Of a stretch of DNA of 64,000 nucleotides, positions 58,220-64,000 are shown piece by piece. A program made the translations under genes and the position numbers. Location: NCBI GenBank assembly GCA_050951325.1, contig JBMNIW010000003.1:192001-256000 (forward strand), given 5' to 3'. The notes below the pieces were generated by a model that saw only the letters and a list, made by a program, of their open reading frames with translations, was not told where the DNA came from and did not search any database. Within the stretch, counting starts at the first letter, position 1; every line of letters begins with the position of its first letter. The DNA comes from Clostridia bacterium. Its GTDB lineage: Bacteria; Bacillota; Clostridia; UBA1212; DUPL01.

Positions 58220-59356
58220 CTAACTATTGATAAACAACTTGTTAATCAGAGGTTTTTTTATGCTTACAGCTTTAAATGGACACAATTCCTGACAGCAGTA
58301 GCATCTAATGCAATGAACTAAGTCAACCTCAGCGCATTTGCCCTTTTCAACAGTGATTACTTTTGCGGGGCAGCATTTTGCACATTCGCCGCATGACTTG
58401 CAAAGCTTTTTATCAAATACAGGTTTGGGGCTAATGATATTCGTAAGCCATTTGCCCAGCCTGCCTTTAAAAAAGTAAAGGCTCTTAGATTCATGGTAGT
58501 TTATTATAAAATCCTTTACTTCACACTCCTCTAAATCCTCCCCTAAAATCTCAACTTCCTCATGACTTGCAGGACACAACCCCCTCCTTATGGCATTTCT
58601 TAGTACGGGAATTCTCATAATATCAGCCTTGATTAGGGTTGCAGCAATGCTATCAACCTTAAAAGGATCATCCCCTGCTATTATCAAGTCCATCTTTTTA
58701 GGATCACCTGCGGTAGGTCCGTCCTTCTCCATGCCCACTATTGCATCAATAATATTTATCTGTGGATCTGCGGCAAGACAAATGTCGATAATACAGTTTG
58801 CAAAGCTGTCATAGTCAGGCATATTGAAATGGTATTCAGCCTTCTTCAATCCTGCAATACAGCCAAACATGTTCTTTACACTTCCAGTATACGCCATCAT
58901 GCCATGGGTCTTCAATTTTGCAATATTGACAACAAGGTCAGCATTGACTATAGGGGTGATAAGATTCATCCTCTTTATGTACTCATTGTCCTCGCATTCA
59001 ACTTCAGCTTCAGTCAAATCATAGTTCAGCAAAGCACCAGCCATTTCAGCTGCTTCTTCTATCCCTGTAGTTTTGTAGATTCCCTTAAGTATTTTCTTGT
59101 CATACAAGCCTCCAGGACTTTCTGCAATCAAAACCTTTGCACCGCTCTCTACAAACAACCTTGCCACTGCATATACAAGAGATGGATGTGTTGTTGCAGC
59201 CTCCTCTGGTTTCTTTTTTGCCACCAGATTAGGCTTGATGCATACATTCAATTCGGGCTTTAAATACTTGTCATAACCCAAATGCTGAAACATCTCTTTT
59301 ATCTTTTCATAGACTACTTCATAGTCATATGTATCACATTTCTGAACATATACCAT
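58220..59356 (-). CDS. DUF362 domain protein with C-terminal 2x 4Fe-4S
   Basis: IKPNLV, ATTHP, KLKTH, VKNMFG, CKSCGEC..CP, CIRCYCCQELCP. Confidence 0.88.
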   Translation of the reverse strand: MVYVQKCDTYDYEVVYEKIKEMFQHLGYDKYLKPELNVCIKPNLVAKKKPEEAATTHPSLVYAVARLFVESGAKVLIAESPGGLYDKKILKGIYKTTGIEEAAEMAGALLNYDLTEAEVECEDNEYIKRMNLITPIVNADLVVNIAKLKTHGMMAYTGSVKNMFGCIAGLKKAEYHFNMPDYDSFANCIIDICLAADPQINIIDAIVGMEKDGPTAGDPKKMDLIIAGDDPFKVDSIAATLIKADIMRIPVLRNAIRRGLCPASHEEVEILGEDLEECEVKDFIINYHESKSLYFFKGRLGKWLTNIISPKPVFDKKLCKSCGECAKCCPAKVITVEKGKCAEVDLVHCIRCYCCQELCPFKAVSIKKPLINKLFINS

Positions 59357-59996
59357 TATATCCACCCATGTTATCTTTAATAATTTCGGCAAGACTCCGT
59401 ATAGCCTTTGCCCTGTGGCTTATCCTATTCTTCTTGTAGCTATCAAGCTGTGCAACGGTACAACTCTCTTCAGGCAAATAAAATACAGGATCGTATCCAA
59501 ACCCGTTGCAGCCAACTGGTTGTAAAGATATATAGCCGTGAAGTCTTCCTTGTGTGGAAAATATCTTTCCATCGTCACGTATTGCAGCAATGGAACATTC
59601 AAAATATGCTTTTCTATTTTCGTTTGGAATGCCTTCCATCTCCATCAAAAGTTTCTTTATATTATCCTCATCTGCAGCGTCATTTCCATCTACTGATGCG
59701 TATCTTGCAGAATATATTCCAGGCCTTCCTTCAAGAGCATCAACACAGAGACCAGAATCATCCGCAATCACCAAGTATGGTAATTGCAGTATTCCGCTCT
59801 TTTTAACAACATCAAATATTCCTTTTGCCTTGATATATGCGTTTTCAGAAAATGTAGTGCCATTTTCCTCCGGAAACTCGTGAACACCAGCATCCTTTGC
59901 GGATATAACTTCTGCAGAAACTCCGCAATCCTTTAGGATGCTTTGCATTTCACGAACTTTGTTATTGTTTTGTGTGGCCAAAACTACCTTAAGCAT
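59334..59996 (-). CDS. rdgB: Non-canonical purine NTP pyrophosphatase (RdgB/HAM1)
   Basis: ATQNNNK, ENAYIKA, ADDSGL, PGIYSAR, GFGYDPVF, SHR. Confidence 0.95.
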   Translation of the reverse strand: MLKVVLATQNNNKVREMQSILKDCGVSAEVISAKDAGVHEFPEENGTTFSENAYIKAKGIFDVVKKSGILQLPYLVIADDSGLCVDALEGRPGIYSARYASVDGNDAADEDNIKKLLMEMEGIPNENRKAYFECSIAAIRDDGKIFSTQGRLHGYISLQPVGCNGFGYDPVFYLPEESCTVAQLDSYKKNRISHRAKAIRSLAEIIKDNMGGYNGICSEM

Positions 59997-60802
59997 TATT
60001 TTGCTCCATATATTACTTTGCCAAGAACATCGTTTATTGGAACGGGTCCTATTGCTCTGCTGTCTTCACTGTGATTTCTATTGTCGCCCATGCAGTAAAT
60101 CTCGCCTTCTTTAACCACAATTCTGGTCAAATCTCCATCACCCATGGAAGGAGGAACAAGATTTTTGTATGTTATCGGGCTTGCACTGTTGACATAATCC
60201 TCTTCAAGAAGTTCGCCGTTTCTGTAGAGTTTTCCATCCTTTATTTCAAGTACATCTCCCGGAACTCCAATAACTCTCTTTATCCAATATTTATTTGACT
60301 TTTCTGTTTTGAAGAACTTCTGGGTAATCATGTTGTACTTTACCGACTCCTTAATTTCAGTAAAGAAATTTCTTTTTTCCAGAGTAGAATCAAATACAAC
60401 TATATCTCCATGTTTGGGCTTGCCAAAGATGTACGGCATTCTGGAAATGAAAACCACATCCCCCTGTTCCAGAGTTGGATACATGGACCTTCCAAATACT
60501 TCGCTTGCCCTAATTACATACGAATTGATAATTATAGCTATGAAAAATGCAAGAACAATTGTCCATACCCAGCTCATTATGCTTTTCAACACTTTCATGT
60601 ACGAAAGTGTAACCGATTTAACTTCAACCGTCTCTTTTTCCTCTTCCGCCAACTCTTCCGTATTTTCATTTTCATCAACGGCATCTTCACCAATATCTTC
60701 GGCTGGACCTTCATCTACCGTTTCGTTATTTTCCAATTCTCTGGAGATTATTGACTCTTCCTCAAAAGACTCAAATCCGCTTGACATATTCTCTTTCTCC
60801 AT
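59996..60802 (-). CDS. lepB: Signal peptidase I with acidic N-terminal extension
   Basis: GRSMYPTL, WIKRVIGVPGD, MGDNRNHSEDSR. Confidence 0.93.
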   Translation of the reverse strand: MEKENMSSGFESFEEESIISRELENNETVDEGPAEDIGEDAVDENENTEELAEEEKETVEVKSVTLSYMKVLKSIMSWVWTIVLAFFIAIIINSYVIRASEVFGRSMYPTLEQGDVVFISRMPYIFGKPKHGDIVVFDSTLEKRNFFTEIKESVKYNMITQKFFKTEKSNKYWIKRVIGVPGDVLEIKDGKLYRNGELLEEDYVNSASPITYKNLVPPSMGDGDLTRIVVKEGEIYCMGDNRNHSEDSRAIGPVPINDVLGKVIYGAK

Positions 60803-60824
60803 AACATTTTCCTTTCATCACAAA

Positions 60825-61346
60825 CTATTTTTCATACAAAGATTTTATACAACCACAGTATTTTTGTCTATACAATCTCATTTCCCGGGCCTGTTTCTGA
60901 CCTTCTCTAAAACCTTTGGAAAAATCCCTGTATACAAATATCAAATCGTTTTTATCTGCAAATCTTTCTCCAATTTCCTTAATCATCTCATGGTCCTGAT
61001 AAGGACTAACCAAAAGCGTAGTGGTGAAATGGGTAAAACCCTTTTCCTTTGCATAATTTGCTACCCTTTCTAGTCTTATAGTATAGCACATTTTGCACCT
61101 TGATTTTCTATCCTGCTCATATTTTTCCCATTTTTCCATATCAAAATCATCCACACAAACAAGAGGTACATCCTTGTTTTTCAAAGCTATCTGAGCATTC
61201 TCCATCCTTCTTTGGAATTCATCATAAGGGTGAATATTTGGATTTGCAAACATGCCTGTAATTTTGCAATCCTTGAAAGTTTCCCTTATGTCATCTATAA
61301 CATACAGGCTGCAAGGTCCGCAGCATACATGTAAAAGCAGGTTCAA
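60825..61346 (-). CDS. queH: Epoxyqueuosine reductase QueH
   Basis: LLHVCCGPCS, NPNIHP, RCKMCY..RL, TTLLVSPYQ, YRQKYCGC. Confidence 0.92.
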   Translation of the reverse strand: MNLLLHVCCGPCSLYVIDDIRETFKDCKITGMFANPNIHPYDEFQRRMENAQIALKNKDVPLVCVDDFDMEKWEKYEQDRKSRCKMCYTIRLERVANYAKEKGFTHFTTTLLVSPYQDHEMIKEIGERFADKNDLIFVYRDFSKGFREGQKQAREMRLYRQKYCGCIKSLYEK

Positions 61347-61348
61347 TT

Positions 61349-62404
61349 TTATTCCTCCTTGAGCAAATCAAAAATTTCAAGCTGTTGACTGCTTTCATGA
61401 TCATGAGGAATCCCAAGATGAGTATACGCAGAATGTGTCGCAATCCTTCCTCTTGGTGTCTTTGCAAGAAACCCAAGCTGAATAAGATAAGGTTCGTATA
61501 CATCCTCAATTGTTGTAATTTCTTCACCCGTTGCGGCAGCCAACGTCTCCAGTCCTACAGGTCCTCCATCAAACTTTAATATTATCGTACTTAAAAGATT
61601 TCTATCCACATGATCTAGACCCAGCTTGTCGACTTCAAGTGAATCCAGACTCTTTATTGAAATTTCGTGCGTTATGTCTCCATCGCCTTTTATCTGAGCA
61701 AAGTCTCTAACTCTTCTAAGCAGTCTGTTTGCTATTCTTGGAGTACCCCTTGACCTCAAAGCAATTTCTTTTGCCCCATCATCATCTATTTTAACACCAA
61801 GAATACCGGCAGATCTTTTAACTATAGAGGCTAGCTCCTTCACGGTATACATCTCCAGCCTGCTTATAACACCGAACCTGTCTCTTAATGGTGCAGTAAG
61901 CAAACCTGCCCTTGTTGTTGCTCCTACCAATGTAAATCTTGGGAGATCAATTCTCAATGACCTTGCAGCAGGTCCTTTGCCCATAATAATATCGAAAGCA
62001 AAGTCCTCCATGGCAGGATAAAGAATCTCCTCAACTGTTCTGTTCAATCTGTGAATCTCGTCAATGAACAAAACATCAAACTCATTCAGGTTTGTAAGTA
62101 TGCCGGCCAAATCCCCAGCCTTCTCTATGGCAGGCCCTGATGTAATTCTTAAGTTTACACCCATTTCACTTGCAATAATGCCAGCCAGGGTGGTTTTTCC
62201 AAGTCCAGGCGGTCCGTAAAGCAGCACATGATCAAGAGGTTCGCTTCTTTGTTTAGCAGCTTCAATGAATATGGAAAGATTATTTTTTATCTTCTCCTGT
62301 CCTATATATTCACCAAACCTCTTCGGCCTAAGACTGCTTTCATCAATGTCATCAGCTGAAATGTCCGGAGAAACTATTCTTTTTTCCTCATTAAAATCAA
62401 CCAT
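61349..62404 (-). CDS. ruvB: Holliday junction branch migration helicase RuvB
   Basis: [38 protein letters not shown]. Confidence 0.98.
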   Translation of the reverse strand: MVDFNEEKRIVSPDISADDIDESSLRPKRFGEYIGQEKIKNNLSIFIEAAKQRSEPLDHVLLYGPPGLGKTTLAGIIASEMGVNLRITSGPAIEKAGDLAGILTNLNEFDVLFIDEIHRLNRTVEEILYPAMEDFAFDIIMGKGPAARSLRIDLPRFTLVGATTRAGLLTAPLRDRFGVISRLEMYTVKELASIVKRSAGILGVKIDDDGAKEIALRSRGTPRIANRLLRRVRDFAQIKGDGDITHEISIKSLDSLEVDKLGLDHVDRNLLSTIILKFDGGPVGLETLAAATGEEITTIEDVYEPYLIQLGFLAKTPRGRIATHSAYTHLGIPHDHESSQQLEIFDLLKEE

Positions 62405-62416
62405 TGTGCCTCCCTA

Positions 62417-63019
62417 TCAACCATGCATGTTCCTTAATGCCAGTTTGACCGTCTCTTCAAGAGTCAGACCTTTCTGATAAACTTTTCTTACTGCGCTGGC
62501 AGATTCTTTTGCACTGTAACCAAGAACCATCAATGCAGAAATTGCATCCTTTTCAATATTGCCCTCTATCATGACACCAACTGTTTCTGCTGTTTCGATT
62601 TGATCTATATCCATGCTTTTCTTTATCTTGTCTTTCAGTTCCAGTATGATTCTCTGAGCCAACTTGGGACCTATGCCTTTGCTTTTTGCAATGGTCTTGT
62701 AATCTTCTGTAGCCACCGCAAGACCAAGCTCAGACGATGTAAGGGTAGAAAGCACATTGAGAGCCATCTTGGGCCCCACTCCGCTAACGGTTATCAGCAT
62801 CTCGAAACTTGAAAGCTCTTCCCTTGTAGCAAAACCATACAATGTTATTTCGTTTTCCTTTACATTCATGTGGGTATGAACAGTCACTTGCCTGTTTGTC
62901 TCACCCAACGCGGCTACTGTATTCATCGAAACATTTATTTTAAAACCAATTCCACCTACTTCAACAACTACATAGTCCAAACCCTTGTGAACCAAATTCC
63001 CTTTTATAAACTCAAACAT
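62417..63019 (-). CDS. ruvA: Holliday junction branch migration protein RuvA
   Basis: LYGF, VSGVGPK, GIGPKLAQRIILELKDK, ALMVLGY. Confidence 0.97.
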   Translation of the reverse strand: MFEFIKGNLVHKGLDYVVVEVGGIGFKINVSMNTVAALGETNRQVTVHTHMNVKENEITLYGFATREELSSFEMLITVSGVGPKMALNVLSTLTSSELGLAVATEDYKTIAKSKGIGPKLAQRIILELKDKIKKSMDIDQIETAETVGVMIEGNIEKDAISALMVLGYSAKESASAVRKVYQKGLTLEETVKLALRNMHG

Positions 63020-63075
63020 GGCATTTCCTTTCTAATATTTATCAGAGAATATAATACAGCCTGCAAGAAAATTTA

Positions 63076-63561
63076 TCAAATCCTTTTTGCAGTAAGCAGC
63101 GAATGTGCATGACAAATAGCCACCGCCAATGCATCCGCCGCATCGTCCGGCTTTGGTATCTCATTAAGATTTAATATAATCTTGATCATTTGCTGCACCT
63201 GTCCCTTTGCTGCTCTTCCATAACCAACAACCGCCTGCTTTACCTGAAGCGGCGTATACTCATATACAGGCAGATCCTTAGCGGAAGCGCAAAGAACACA
63301 AACTCCCCTTCCCTGGGCTGCCGCTATTACAGTTTTTGCATTGGTGTTGAAAAACAAATCCTCAATGCTGCAGCAATCCGGCTTGTACATATCTATTATC
63401 TTCTTAAGTTGCACGTCTATCTTCTTCAATCTGTCTGAAAAAAGTTCTTTTGCATCAGTCCTTATGACACCATAGTCAATAGGCTTGAAACTGTTGTTCT
63501 TGTATTCAACAAGACCATAACCAACTATAGCAAATCCCGGGTCAATCCCTAATATAACCAA
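63076..63561 (-). CDS. ruvC: Crossover junction endodeoxyribonuclease RuvC
   Basis: ILGIDPG, EYTPLQVK, PDDAADALAVAICH. Confidence 0.97.
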   Translation of the reverse strand: MVILGIDPGFAIVGYGLVEYKNNSFKPIDYGVIRTDAKELFSDRLKKIDVQLKKIIDMYKPDCCSIEDLFFNTNAKTVIAAAQGRGVCVLCASAKDLPVYEYTPLQVKQAVVGYGRAAKGQVQQMIKIILNLNEIPKPDDAADALAVAICHAHSLLTAKRI

Positions 63562-63572
63562 TACAAAACACC

Positions 63573-63998
63573 TCAATTTCTTATTCCTCTGCAGCGATCT
63601 TCCGGACTTAACTTAACTCCTTTTTCAGGTACACCTTTTCCAAACAGATTCCACAGCCATTTGCACGAAAGCTCCATCCAGGGTTCTGCAAGTGGTTCAA
63701 GATTAAATTTGTTCGCATATGTGCAATGATTAGCCAGTGAAAGACCATGCGCTCCATCCTGAAATACATGCAGTTCAAATGGAATATTGTAATCTGCAAG
63801 TCCTTTTGCAAACAACAATGCGTTTTCCACAGGCACAGCATTATCCATAAATGTATGGAACAAAAATGTCGGCGGTGTATGTTTGCCTATATTCTTCTCA
63901 CACGAAGCCTTTACAAGCATGTCCTTCAATCCTTCATATCCATCCAGTAAAGTATTTATACTTCCTCCGTGGGTATATGTATCTGCAGATATTACCGG
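63573..63998 (-). CDS. Alpha/beta hydrolase (esterase) C-terminal part; 5' end outside the window
   Basis: Frame is open to the edge: PVIS..THGGS..TPPTFLFHT..D.AVPVEN..FELHVF..GAHGLSLA (Asp/His of the triad). Confidence 0.85.
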   Translation of the reverse strand, partial: PVISADTYTHGGSINTLLDGYEGLKDMLVKASCEKNIGKHTPPTFLFHTFMDNAVPVENALLFAKGLADYNIPFELHVFQDGAHGLSLANHCTYANKFNLEPLAEPWMELSCKWLWNLFGKGVPEKGVKLSPEDRCRGIRN

Positions 63999-64000
63999 AT

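Overview
Chromosomal window from an anaerobic Firmicute (Clostridia-like: Prp-processed L27, Rex boxes, [FeFe]-hydrogenases). It is gene-dense with ~55 CDS, almost all on the minus strand. I found no rRNA, tRNA, CRISPR, prophage or IS. Housekeeping genes include argS, leuS, obgE, rplU-prp-rpmA, addA, gap, trmL, rdgB, lepB, queH and ruvCAB. Accessory modules are: (i) two paralogous GH99/GH71-like lipoproteins; (ii) thiT under a TPP riboswitch; (iii) rhaA divergent from an ASRT-family gene; (iv) a cohesin-like/dockerin gene pair behind a degenerate cyclophilin; (v) a tetrameric Hnd/HydABC-type [FeFe]-hydrogenase followed by a six-gene putative signalling block; (vi) a seven-gene MoxR/DUF58/SpoIIM/RDD module; (vii) a fully fused 7TM-kinase-receiver-LuxR protein with phased repeats in front of a bactofilin gene; (viii) a LamG/GH2 surface cluster; (ix) a Rex-boxed adhE broken by two +1 insertions, next to an APH-fold pseudokinase. 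The ORF track missed a 795-codon edge gene and a 49-aa rubredoxin. All family calls come from motif recognition by eye, not database searches.
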